A stretch of DNA of 46,336 bases, from assembly GCA_035497695.1 (NCBI GenBank), contig DATJDA010000128.1, forward strand, positions 1 to 46,336, read 5' to 3'. Below, in pieces: positions 17,784-27,056 of the stretch. Under the pieces are notes generated by a model. The model saw only the letters and a list, made by a program, of their open reading frames with translations, was not told the DNA's origin and searched no databases. The translations under genes and the position numbers were made by a program. Positions within the stretch are counted from its first letter, which is position 1, and each line of letters opens with the position of its first letter. The stretch is from Marinobacter sp. (GTDB taxonomy: Bacteria; Pseudomonadota; Gammaproteobacteria; Pseudomonadales; Oleiphilaceae).

Positions 17784-19958
17784 ATGGCAACTGAGCTTAC
17801 TAACCAACCTTTCAGTAACAGGTCAACTGCACGTATTTTAGTGGTAGATGATGAACCCCGGCTCCTGGCGGCACTTGCTACGTTGTTGCGCAGCAATGGC
17901 TACGATGTCACTGAGGCTGGTGGCGGAAAAGCGGCATGCGAACGCCTCGACAACCAAGTGTTTGATTTGGCCTTGCTGGATCTTCGGATGCCAGATGTGG
18001 ATGGCTTCGATGTAATGGCTCACCTGGCCGGTGTACAACCAGACTGCGGTGCCATAGTAATAAGCGGAGAAAGCTCGTTCAGCGCTGTCAGCCGTGCACT
18101 CAGGCGTGGTGCTCTGGACTACATCCGCAAGCCGTTTGATCCGGAAGAGTTGCTTGCAACGATTGAAGGCGTTATTGGCAAGCAATCACTGCTCAAGGCT
18201 CATGAACATATTCAACTGCGACTCGAAAAATCTGAGGCCCTGCATAGATACATCGTTAACAGTTCGCCAGACATCGTGTTCATGCTCGATGATGGCGGCC
18301 GTTTTTGTTTCGTAAACCGCAAAGTAGAAAGCTTGCTTGGTTACCAACCCTCGGAGCTGCATGGCCGGCATTTTCGTCACATACTCGACGACCGGGATCT
18401 GGCCCGCGGCGTTTATGCCCTCGACGGCCCGAATGTCACCGCAAATAACCCCAGAACCCTGGAAGTGCGTCTGAAAACCAGAGGCAACCGGCGTGCCACA
18501 CGCTATTTTGAAATCACCGCCTTTCCTATAGAAACACAAGCCTGGCCGCAAGCCGGCACCACCCAAGCCGTTAGCAGTGACAGAGGCGCCCGGTACTACG
18601 GCATAGCAAGAGACGTAACGGAAAGAAAAGAAGCTGAGGCCTTTATCAACTTTCAAGCCTACCATGACTTGCTCACAAGGCTGCCCAACCGCGCGCTGTT
18701 CAATGACCGGCTTGAGCTGGCAATTACCCACGCCCGGCGCAGCGATCAGAAGCTGGCAGTAATGTTTCTGGATCTTGATCGGTTCAAGGTTATTAACGAT
18801 ACCCTGGGACACGCCATGGGCGACCGGCTGCTGCAGGCTGTTACCTACCGGCTGGAAAAGTGCCTCCGTAAAGGCGATACCCTGTCCCGGTTTGGTGGCG
18901 ACGAATTTACCCTCTTGCTCCCCTCTATCCGCAATGATGACGATGCCAAACAGATTGCCAAAAAACTGATAAAAACATTACGAGCGCCGTTCCAGCTTGG
19001 TGGCCACGAAGTCTTTGTAGGCGTCAGCATTGGTATTGCCATTTTCCCGGAGGCGGGAGACAGCATGGATCAACTGATCCAGAATGCTGACATTGCCATG
19101 TACCACGTCAAAGGCAGAGGCAAAGACGGTTACCGCTTTTACACTGAGTGCATGAGCATAGACACGGCAAACCGGCTCAGCCTTGAGCGAGACTTGCGCC
19201 TTGCACTGGAGCGCGATGAACTGCGCGTGTTCTACCAGCCACAAGTGTGCTCAACCACCAATCGCATTGCTGGTCTGGAGGCGCTGGTGCGCTGGCAGCA
19301 TCCTGAGCGCGGCTTACTCTACCCAGGAGACTTCCTGCCACTGGCCGAAGAAACCAAACTGATCGGACGACTGAGTGAGCGGGTACTTGATCAGGCCTTT
19401 CTGGATGCTGGCCGATGGATTCGCTCAGGCCACCCCGATCTTCGCCTGGCGGTCAATCTCTCACCGGCTCAGGTTGAACACCCGCGTTTTGTAGAAACCC
19501 TGATGCAGCGTGTGCAGGCCCATAATTTCCCGCCGGGCAATCTGGAAATCGAGATTACCGAAAATGTCATCATGAACGACCTGGAGCAGATCAGCCAGAA
19601 GCTCAGAGAACTTGCGGCTACCGGAGTGCGCATCGCCATTGATGATTTTGGCACAGGTTATTCATCGCTCAATTACCTGCACCGGCTTCCAATCCATACG
19701 CTCAAGGTTGATCAGTCGTTCGTAAAAGCTATTCGCAGCGGCGACGATGGCGCCTGTATTGTTAATGCAATTGTTGCCATGGCCCATGGACTGAAGCTGG
19801 AAATTGTTGCAGAAGGCGTAGAAACTGAAGAGCAACTGGATTACCTGCGTGGCCTGGGCTGCCAACAGGTGCAAGGCTTTGTGTACGGCCCTGCCCGGCC
19901 TGCTATTGATATCTATAAACTTCTGAATCAAACACAAGTTAGCGCCGCTTCATGCTGA
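17784..19958 (+). CDS. REC-PAS-GGDEF-EAL c-di-GMP response regulator
   Basis: REC motifs VVDD, LLDLRMP and KPF. PAS NSSPDIVF...ARDVTERK. HDLLTRLPNR, GGDEF, EAL, DDFGTGYSS and AEGVET. Confidence 0.95.
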   Translation: MATELTNQPFSNRSTARILVVDDEPRLLAALATLLRSNGYDVTEAGGGKAACERLDNQVFDLALLDLRMPDVDGFDVMAHLAGVQPDCGAIVISGESSFSAVSRALRRGALDYIRKPFDPEELLATIEGVIGKQSLLKAHEHIQLRLEKSEALHRYIVNSSPDIVFMLDDGGRFCFVNRKVESLLGYQPSELHGRHFRHILDDRDLARGVYALDGPNVTANNPRTLEVRLKTRGNRRATRYFEITAFPIETQAWPQAGTTQAVSSDRGARYYGIARDVTERKEAEAFINFQAYHDLLTRLPNRALFNDRLELAITHARRSDQKLAVMFLDLDRFKVINDTLGHAMGDRLLQAVTYRLEKCLRKGDTLSRFGGDEFTLLLPSIRNDDDAKQIAKKLIKTLRAPFQLGGHEVFVGVSIGIAIFPEAGDSMDQLIQNADIAMYHVKGRGKDGYRFYTECMSIDTANRLSLERDLRLALERDELRVFYQPQVCSTTNRIAGLEALVRWQHPERGLLYPGDFLPLAEETKLIGRLSERVLDQAFLDAGRWIRSGHPDLRLAVNLSPAQVEHPRFVETLMQRVQAHNFPPGNLEIEITENVIMNDLEQISQKLRELAATGVRIAIDDFGTGYSSLNYLHRLPIHTLKVDQSFVKAIRSGDDGACIVNAIVAMAHGLKLEIVAEGVETEEQLDYLRGLGCQQVQGFVYGPARPAIDIYKLLNQTQVSAASC

Positions 19959-20196
19959 CACTCCATTATTGTTTGTCAGACAATCTTAGCTAAAACATTG
20001 ATCTGGTTTGCAAAATATTGCAGTTGGTTACTTTGTGTATCTGGAAGTGAGTAGTACTGCACATAATTCCCGCCCCCTGTTATCTATGCTGGAAACCATA
20101 CGGCGCTGTTTGCCCACAAGCCCGACATTACGCCGGCGCGACAATGAGAAAAAGTGGTAACAGCATCCAGAGCAATAAAAACAGGCAGTAGTCACT

Positions 20197-20850
20197 ATGC
20201 GCGATAGATATAAGTATATTGGTCCCGTTTACGATTTCCTGAGCGACCTCTACAGCGGCAAAAATATCCACCACTGCAAAACAGCCATGCTGGACGTCGA
20301 AACTGTCAAACCCGGTGACCGCATTCTGTTTGCGGGCGTCGGCCATGGCCGGGATGCTATTCGTGCTGCAGAACTGGGTGCCAACGTTACTGTTGTTGAT
20401 CTTTCCGAGACCATGCTGCGCAAGTTTGGTGAAGCACAACAAAAAGAAGCCCCACAGTTAAACATTCGCCGCATTCACAGTGACATCATGAAAGTTGAAG
20501 AGTTTGAGCAATACGACATGGTGATTGCCAATTTCTTCCTTAACGTATTTGACGAAGAAATGATGGTTAAGGTGCTGGAGCACCTGATTCGTCTTGGCAA
20601 AGTGGACGCCCGTGTTGTCGTTGGCGACTTCTGCTACCCCACTGGCAATATTGTCGCTCGCACGTTCAAAAAGGCTTACTGGTACATGGCCGTGTTTACA
20701 TTCTGGCTATTTGCCAACAATGCCTTTCACAAGATTTACAACTATCCAGAGCATATGAGACGCCTTGGCCTTGAGATCACCGAGAAGAAGCACTTCACGT
20801 TGCTCAACATGGATTGCTACTGGTCGATTCTCGGACGCAAACAGGCTTAA
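20197..20850 (+). CDS. Class I SAM-dependent methyltransferase (UbiE/PmtA-like)
   Basis: N-terminal YKYIGPVYDFL, motif I LFAGVGHG, VVDLSETML and YDMVIANFFLNVF. Confidence 0.85.
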   Translation: MRDRYKYIGPVYDFLSDLYSGKNIHHCKTAMLDVETVKPGDRILFAGVGHGRDAIRAAELGANVTVVDLSETMLRKFGEAQQKEAPQLNIRRIHSDIMKVEEFEQYDMVIANFFLNVFDEEMMVKVLEHLIRLGKVDARVVVGDFCYPTGNIVARTFKKAYWYMAVFTFWLFANNAFHKIYNYPEHMRRLGLEITEKKHFTLLNMDCYWSILGRKQA

Positions 20851-20898
20851 CCTGCCTCCTCCTCACCGACAAACTATAACAATCGGGGACAGAGACAA

Positions 20899-21909
20899 AT
20901 GTCAGATCAAACTCTTGCAATAGTAGATGGGATTCGCGAACTGGAAGGTGATGGTTTTACCTTTCCGGAGCGCATCAGTTACCTGAAACAGTTTGGCACA
21001 CACTCGCAGTCCTTTTCGACACTGCAGCCAGGTATGCAGTACTTCGACCTGCCAGGCGTTGGCTACGTAGCGTACATGCGCAAATGGGGCGGAACCTTTG
21101 TGCTTTCTGATCCGGTATGTGCTCCGGAAAACTTCTCCGTCATTCTTGGGCACTTTCAAAAGCGCTTTCCTCGCGCCAGTTATGTTCAGGTTTCAAAGGC
21201 CGTTGTAGATGTCCTGCATAGCGACTTTGGCTTGTATGGCACTCAATTTGGCAGTGAGTCACGAATTGATCTGGGCAAGTGGTCGCTGAGTGGCAAGAAA
21301 AAGCAGATTCTTCGCACCGCACTCAATCAGGCTGAAAAGAGCAATATAACGGTAAAAGAGCGGTTCAGTGATGATCACACCCGGGAGATTTCAGAAGCCT
21401 GGATTCGCACCCGCAAGTGCAAAAGTAACGAAATCCGCTTTCTGATACGCCCTATGGAAATGGAATACCGTGAAAATGCACGCCATTTCTACGCGTACCA
21501 GGATGACAAAGCCGTAGGCTTTATTTATTTCGATCCGATTTATCGTAACAATGAAATTATCAGTTACGTGCCCAATATATCCCGGGCCAATGCGGATTTC
21601 CGGCAAGGGCTTTTCTACACTCTGATGGCACACGCTATGGAGACATTCAAGGCCGAGGGCGTGCCTTATCTGGATCTTGGGCTAATACCGCTATCACTTG
21701 ACCAGGTCACCGAACATCAGGAAAGCCGGCTACTTAAGCGCCTGCTGCACGTATTGTATGAGAAAATGAACTTTCTTTATAATTTCAAAGGACTGGAATT
21801 TACCAAAACCCGCTTCAGAGGCGATAACTTCAAGACCTACTGCTGCCACAGACGCGCTATACCAGCTCTCGAATTTCTGGCGATGTTCAAGCTGACCCGG
21901 CTTCTGTAG
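20899..21909 (+). CDS. Stand-alone DUF2156/MprF C-terminal-like (aminoacyl-tRNA-dependent GNAT-fold transferase) protein
   Basis: LSDPVC, GSESRIDL..WSLSGKKKQILR..LN, FKAEG..YLDLGLIPL and YNFKGL..TK.RF correspond to LPG synthase C-domain motifs. No TM domain. Confidence 0.82.
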   Translation: MSDQTLAIVDGIRELEGDGFTFPERISYLKQFGTHSQSFSTLQPGMQYFDLPGVGYVAYMRKWGGTFVLSDPVCAPENFSVILGHFQKRFPRASYVQVSKAVVDVLHSDFGLYGTQFGSESRIDLGKWSLSGKKKQILRTALNQAEKSNITVKERFSDDHTREISEAWIRTRKCKSNEIRFLIRPMEMEYRENARHFYAYQDDKAVGFIYFDPIYRNNEIISYVPNISRANADFRQGLFYTLMAHAMETFKAEGVPYLDLGLIPLSLDQVTEHQESRLLKRLLHVLYEKMNFLYNFKGLEFTKTRFRGDNFKTYCCHRRAIPALEFLAMFKLTRLL

Positions 21910-22747
21910 CCGCCTCAGGGTTGCCTGACCAGTGCCCGGTTATCTGATACGGGCGCAGGCCAAGCTCCCCCATGAATCCGGCCAACCCAGCCGGGGCCAG
22001 ACCAGAAAATAACGCCGCCACTACTGGCTCCCGCTGACAGGTATCAGGGTTGGCGGCCAGAAACTTCTTGCCAGACTGACCCAACACATCCTCAACCCGC
22101 CGGGCAATCGCATCGCCGGAATCTACCCAGAACTGAACTTCAGGCAGTGCCTGCTTCAGTGAGCCCAGCAACAGTGGATAATGGGTGCAGCCAAGCACAA
22201 CGGTATCAACACCGGCTTCGCGAAATCCGGCCACTGCCTGAGCCAGAGCTTCCTGAGGAATCGCAGTTCCCGCCACGGAGTTTTCTACCCAACGCACCAG
22301 ATCCGGATGTCCGATCCGCATCACATCGCAATCAGATGCGAATTTTTGCACCAGATTGTCCAGATACTGCCCGCACGCTGTGGCGGGCGTTGCCAGTATC
22401 CCGATACGTCGGTTCACAGTAAGCCCGGCCGCAGGCTTCACGGCCGGAACAACGCCTACCACAGGTATGGTTGTTAGTGCCCTGAGGTGGGGAAGAACCA
22501 CAGTACTTGCCGTATTACAGGCCACCACAATAACATCACAGGGTATCTGCTCAAGGGCTTTACTGATCAGCGAACAACAGCGGTCGATAACGACCGAAGA
22601 CTGCTGCCCGCCGTAAGGAAAGCCGGCATTGTCAGCAAGGTAGACAAACTCCACATCTGGCAGCCGCTTACGAATGCAGGCGGCAACACTTAATCCACCA
22701 ACGCCGGAATCGAACACCAGTACCCTTGGGCGGCTCAGATTTGTCAC
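21887..22747 (-). CDS. murI: Glutamate racemase
   Basis: Motifs FDSGVGGLSV, FPYG, ACNTAS, VVPAVKPA and LGCTHYP. GTG start overlaps the nudC stop. Confidence 0.95.
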   Translation of the reverse strand: MTNLSRPRVLVFDSGVGGLSVAACIRKRLPDVEFVYLADNAGFPYGGQQSSVVIDRCCSLISKALEQIPCDVIVVACNTASTVVLPHLRALTTIPVVGVVPAVKPAAGLTVNRRIGILATPATACGQYLDNLVQKFASDCDVMRIGHPDLVRWVENSVAGTAIPQEALAQAVAGFREAGVDTVVLGCTHYPLLLGSLKQALPEVQFWVDSGDAIARRVEDVLGQSGKKFLAANPDTCQREPVVAALFSGLAPAGLAGFMGELGLRPYQITGHWSGNPEAATEAGSA

Positions 22748-23571
22748 CTTGATGCCCTTTCGCTGGAAATCTCTTTTTCCATAGCCTGAATAAGCTTGCC
22801 GGCGATTGATGTCGGCCTCGGCACTGGCGGGAGATCACCAGGAGAATACCAGCCAGCATCAGACAGCTCATCGGCCTGCAAAACCAGCTCACCCCCGGCG
22901 TAATCTGCAAAAAAACCCATCATCAACTGGTGAGGGAATGGCCATGGCTGGGAGCCCTGGTAGCGTATATTTGTAACATCCAGCCCCGTTTCTTCTTTGA
23001 CTTCCCGCACGACGGCCTGCTCCAGACTTTCACCCGGCTCTACAAATCCGGCAATCAGACTGTACAAGCGGCGGGTCATGCGTGATGACTGGGCCAACAA
23101 AAACTGATCACCCTTACGAATAACCACGATCACACAGGGTGCCAGCCGCGGATACCAGGGGATATTACAGGTGTCGCACCATTTGGCCCGCTCCAGTGGG
23201 TGGAAGCCGGTTCGACCGCCACAACGGCCACAAAAACGGTTATCAAGCCACCACTGCCAAACCTGAAACCCGGTGCAAAGCAAGTCTGTAGGTGCATCTT
23301 CCATTCCCAAAAGCGCATCACGAAGCGCTATTGTCTGCAGGTCCGGTACAATCTGCCCGTTAATCTCAGTAACAAACAGTGGGCAACCACCCAGAGTGCC
23401 CAGAGATACTGCGTGATTGCTTACGACGGACAGCCCGTTGGTGCCCCATTGAGCCAGCCAGCCCTCTGCAGGCTTAAGAATATTGGGGCCAGATATGATC
23501 AGTACCAGGTTGCCTTTTTCGGGAAGTTCAGTTGACCAGCCTGGAATCCAGCCTGTAGCAGATACTGTCAT
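22744..23571 (-). CDS. nudC: NADH pyrophosphatase / NAD-cap decapping Nudix hydrolase
   Basis: Zinc knuckles CGRC and CDTC, YPR, Nudix box GFVEPGESLEQAVVREVKEETG and SQPWPFP. Start set at ATG 23571. Confidence 0.93.
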   Translation of the reverse strand: MTVSATGWIPGWSTELPEKGNLVLIISGPNILKPAEGWLAQWGTNGLSVVSNHAVSLGTLGGCPLFVTEINGQIVPDLQTIALRDALLGMEDAPTDLLCTGFQVWQWWLDNRFCGRCGGRTGFHPLERAKWCDTCNIPWYPRLAPCVIVVIRKGDQFLLAQSSRMTRRLYSLIAGFVEPGESLEQAVVREVKEETGLDVTNIRYQGSQPWPFPHQLMMGFFADYAGGELVLQADELSDAGWYSPGDLPPVPRPTSIAGKLIQAMEKEISSERASR

Positions 23572-23711
23572 GTTCTGTTTACACTTGAAAATTATTGGGT
23601 GAAGAAGAAATGTACCACAACGCGCACTCTGCCAAGAACTAAAGGCAGCTTTGCGCAATGTTCCTAACCAAGTAAACTTGGCACCTGTTTTCGTTACCGG
23701 AGCTCTATTTT

Positions 23712-26180
23712 ATGCGAATTTACCAGGGCATTCGCAGCCTGATTCTGATGTTTTTCCGCAAAATACTGTTCCTCTGGGTGCGAACCGATGTTAGCGGTAA
23801 TAACATCGAAGCTCTGGGTCTCGATCCGGACAAGCCGGTTTGCTACGTTCTGCAGTACAGTTCTCTCTCCGGCCGCCTGGTGCTGGAACAGGAAGTTATT
23901 CGCGCTGGCCTGCCCGGAGTTGCAAAGTTTTTACCGGTTAAAAACAGCCCATCACATTCGTTCTTTTTCCTCTATCGCCGCACTGGTGGCCCGTTTCGTC
24001 GGCGACAAGCTCCGGTACTCACCAACGAATTCCAGGCGCTTGTTGGCTATGGGCTGGAAGCGCCCGACCAGGACGTGCAAATTGTTCCTGTTTCGCTGTT
24101 CTGGGGCCGCTCACCAGATAAAGAAAAATCTCTGGTTAAACTGCTGCTGTCTGACACCTGGGCGGTGGCTGGCCGGTTACAAAAATTCCTGATTATTCTG
24201 GTTCACGGACGCAATACCTACGTTCAGTTTAACCCGGCCTTGTCTCTGAAGCAGGTTATCGATGAATATCGTGATTCCGAAGAGCGGGCCAAGCGCAAGT
24301 TGGCGCGAATTCTGCGCACGCATTTTCGCCGCGTACGCCAGGCGGTACTTGGCCCTGACTTATCCCACCGCCGCACTCTGGTAAGCGGGCTGGTACGCAC
24401 TCCGGCCGTTAAAGAGGCCATCCGGGAAACTGCCGCAAGAGAGGGTATTCCACCAGAAAAAGTCCGGTTAAACGCCCTGAAATACGCAGATGAAATTGCT
24501 GCAAGCATGTCGATCGTAACCATAAGGTTTCTGGAAGTGGTGCTATCCTGGCTCTGGAACCGGATTTATAAAGGTGTCAGCGTTAATAACATACAGGTAG
24601 TGAAGGAGGTGGCCCAAAATAACGCTGTTGTTTATGTGCCCTGCCACCGATCACATATTGACTACCTGCTGCTGTCCTACGTGCTTTACAAGAACGGCTT
24701 GATGCCCCCGCATATTGCCGCGGGCATAAACCTGAATATGCCGGTAGTGGGGCCAATTCTGCGCCGTGGCGGAGCCTTCTTCATGCGCAGGAGTTTCAAA
24801 GACAACCCTCTGTACGCCACCGTTTTCAATGAGTACATGCATGTTATGTTTACCCGTGGCTACTCGGTTGAATATTTTGTAGAAGGTGGCCGTAGCCGCA
24901 CCGGGCGTATGTTGCAGCCTCGCCCTGGCATGCTCTCTATGACCGTTCGGAGCTTTCTGCGAGATCATCGCAAGCCTATTGTATTTATTCCTGTCTATGT
25001 CGGTTATGAAAAGGTTATGGAGGGGCGTTCTTATCTGGGGGAGCTACAGGGTAAGAAAAAGCAGGATGAAAGTATTTTCGGCCTGGCAAAAACCGCCCGT
25101 AAGCTAAGCGACTCCTTTGGCCGGGTTGCCGTCAACTTTGGTGAGGCCATTCCATTGGCCAATGTGCTCGATGAGGTACGTGATAGCTGGCGCGATGAAG
25201 CCTATACCTCAGAATACCGGCCTGCCTGGTTAAACGACGCCGTGAATGAATTGGCACTGCGGGTCGCCTCTAACATTAACGCTGCCGTTGCTGTGAACCC
25301 TATTGGCATGACAGCAACGGTGCTGCTTGGCACCAATCGCATGGCAATGGATGAGGGCCAGTTGATTCGCCTGATGGATCAGTATGCCGATCTGCTACGC
25401 GCCTACCCATACTCTGGCACCGTTACCCTGCCGGAAGGCACCGGTAAAGACTGGGTCGCTTACTGCGAGAATATGGGGCTGATCGCCCGACAACCCCAGA
25501 AACTGGGAGACATTATTGCTCTTGGCGGAAATAACGCCGTACTGATGACTTATTATCGCAACAATATTCAACACCTGTTTGCCCTGCCCTCGCTGATCGC
25601 CAGCCTGCTGGAAAACAAAAGTTCGCTGCAACGCGACAAAATCGTATTTCTGGCCAGCGTCGCATACCCCTATCTGCAATCTGAGTTGTTCCTCAAATAT
25701 CGGGTTGATGATGTAGAGCGCGTAATCAACCAGTGGATTGATGTGCTAATCGAGCAACGATTACTGGTCGCACTGGATAGCGGGCGAATTGGCCGGCCAG
25801 GTGAAGGCACTGAGGAAATGCTGCGGCTGAGGGTGCTGTCCCGGTTCATTATTCAAACCCTGGAGCGTTACCATATTGTGCTGGGCACATTACGCAAATA
25901 CGGGTCCGGAAAAATCAGCGCAACGGAACTGGAGGAACAAAGCACCCTGCTGGCCGAGCGCATGTCCATATTGTTTGGCCTGAATGCTCCGGAGTTTTTC
26001 GACAAAACCCTGTTCCGCAACTTTATTGCGAACATGCAGAAAAATGGTGTTTTCACCACAGACGATAACGGCTTGCTTTGCTACGGCGAAGGGCTGGACG
26101 AAGTGGCAGACGATGCCCGCCTGGTGCTAAGCGTAGAAAAACAACAGGCTATTCAGCAAGTTACCATGATGGGTTCTTAA
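23712..26180 (+). CDS. plsB: Glycerol-3-phosphate O-acyltransferase
   Basis: Motifs CHRSHIDY (HxxxxD), AAGINL, GAFFMRR, FVEGGRSRTG and APEFFDK; 822 aa. Confidence 0.96.
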   Translation: MRIYQGIRSLILMFFRKILFLWVRTDVSGNNIEALGLDPDKPVCYVLQYSSLSGRLVLEQEVIRAGLPGVAKFLPVKNSPSHSFFFLYRRTGGPFRRRQAPVLTNEFQALVGYGLEAPDQDVQIVPVSLFWGRSPDKEKSLVKLLLSDTWAVAGRLQKFLIILVHGRNTYVQFNPALSLKQVIDEYRDSEERAKRKLARILRTHFRRVRQAVLGPDLSHRRTLVSGLVRTPAVKEAIRETAAREGIPPEKVRLNALKYADEIAASMSIVTIRFLEVVLSWLWNRIYKGVSVNNIQVVKEVAQNNAVVYVPCHRSHIDYLLLSYVLYKNGLMPPHIAAGINLNMPVVGPILRRGGAFFMRRSFKDNPLYATVFNEYMHVMFTRGYSVEYFVEGGRSRTGRMLQPRPGMLSMTVRSFLRDHRKPIVFIPVYVGYEKVMEGRSYLGELQGKKKQDESIFGLAKTARKLSDSFGRVAVNFGEAIPLANVLDEVRDSWRDEAYTSEYRPAWLNDAVNELALRVASNINAAVAVNPIGMTATVLLGTNRMAMDEGQLIRLMDQYADLLRAYPYSGTVTLPEGTGKDWVAYCENMGLIARQPQKLGDIIALGGNNAVLMTYYRNNIQHLFALPSLIASLLENKSSLQRDKIVFLASVAYPYLQSELFLKYRVDDVERVINQWIDVLIEQRLLVALDSGRIGRPGEGTEEMLRLRVLSRFIIQTLERYHIVLGTLRKYGSGKISATELEEQSTLLAERMSILFGLNAPEFFDKTLFRNFIANMQKNGVFTTDDNGLLCYGEGLDEVADDARLVLSVEKQQAIQQVTMMGS

Positions 26181-26193
26181 CACGGCTCAGACA

Positions 26194-27039
26194 TTAACCG
26201 GTGGGCAGTGCGCTGATGGCATAAATATCGTAGCGGCTGCTTTTTCCCTCAATACGGGTTGTGGGCTCGGGGCCGGTTATGGCGGCGGCCTTGCGAGGGC
26301 GTTTGACTACAACCCGATACCGGGCACACCCCAGCGCCGTTTGAAGAAGCTGTTCAGAATCGTCATCACTGCCAACAATTGCCTGAAACACCTGCATCTC
26401 TTTTTTGACCAGAGCAGATTTTTCCCGGTGTGGAAACATCGGATCAAGGTAAATAACATCTGCAGAGTTGGCACCTGCACTCTCCAGCCAGTCAATGCTG
26501 CTGCCGGGCCGAAGCTCCATGCGTTCAATGAGCGGTGCACAATCCACATTGAGTGAGGCCCGGAACAAGCCATCTGCCAGCAAGGCGTTAATTACCGGGT
26601 TGCGTTCGAACAGGGTAACCCGGCAACCAAGACTGGCAAGAATAAAGGCATCCTGCCCAAGGCCGCCAGTGGCATCCAAAACATGCAACCGGGCTTTCGT
26701 TTTATGAAGACCAACAGCCCGGGCGACCATCTGACCAGCGCCACCACCATGCTCACGGCGATAGCCCATTTTGCCCGTTACAAATTCAGCCCGAACCGGC
26801 CCTGGAGCATTTTTCCCCGTCACCTGCAGGCTTAGTCCTTGCTCATCAAGGAACAACAGCACCGGCACATCGCTGATCACTTTCGGGTGCACTATGCCAA
26901 GGTTTTTAAGGCCAAGAGTGTTGCTAAGCACATCAGCTTGCGTGGCATCACCCAAAGGGCTGCGCGCTACGGCAAGTTGCCCCTGCCCAATACCACCATT
27001 CATGAGTAAATACCGTTGGTTTACTGACGGATGCAGCAT
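26194..27039 (-). CDS. rsmJ: 16S rRNA m2G1516 methyltransferase (YhiQ)
   Basis: Motifs VLDATGGLGQDAF, ERNP, IYLDPMFPHR..SALVKKEM and RVVVKRP. Start is uncertain (27039 or 27003). Confidence 0.9.
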   Translation of the reverse strand: MLHPSVNQRYLLMNGGIGQGQLAVARSPLGDATQADVLSNTLGLKNLGIVHPKVISDVPVLLFLDEQGLSLQVTGKNAPGPVRAEFVTGKMGYRREHGGGAGQMVARAVGLHKTKARLHVLDATGGLGQDAFILASLGCRVTLFERNPVINALLADGLFRASLNVDCAPLIERMELRPGSSIDWLESAGANSADVIYLDPMFPHREKSALVKKEMQVFQAIVGSDDDSEQLLQTALGCARYRVVVKRPRKAAAITGPEPTTRIEGKSSRYDIYAISALPTG

Positions 27040-27056
27040 AAAGAGAAACGATCAGA

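Noticed and set aside
23679-23694. Possible sigma-54 promoter TGGCAC before plsB
   Set aside because: The -12 element reads TTCG rather than TTGC, and it is too close to the start codon.
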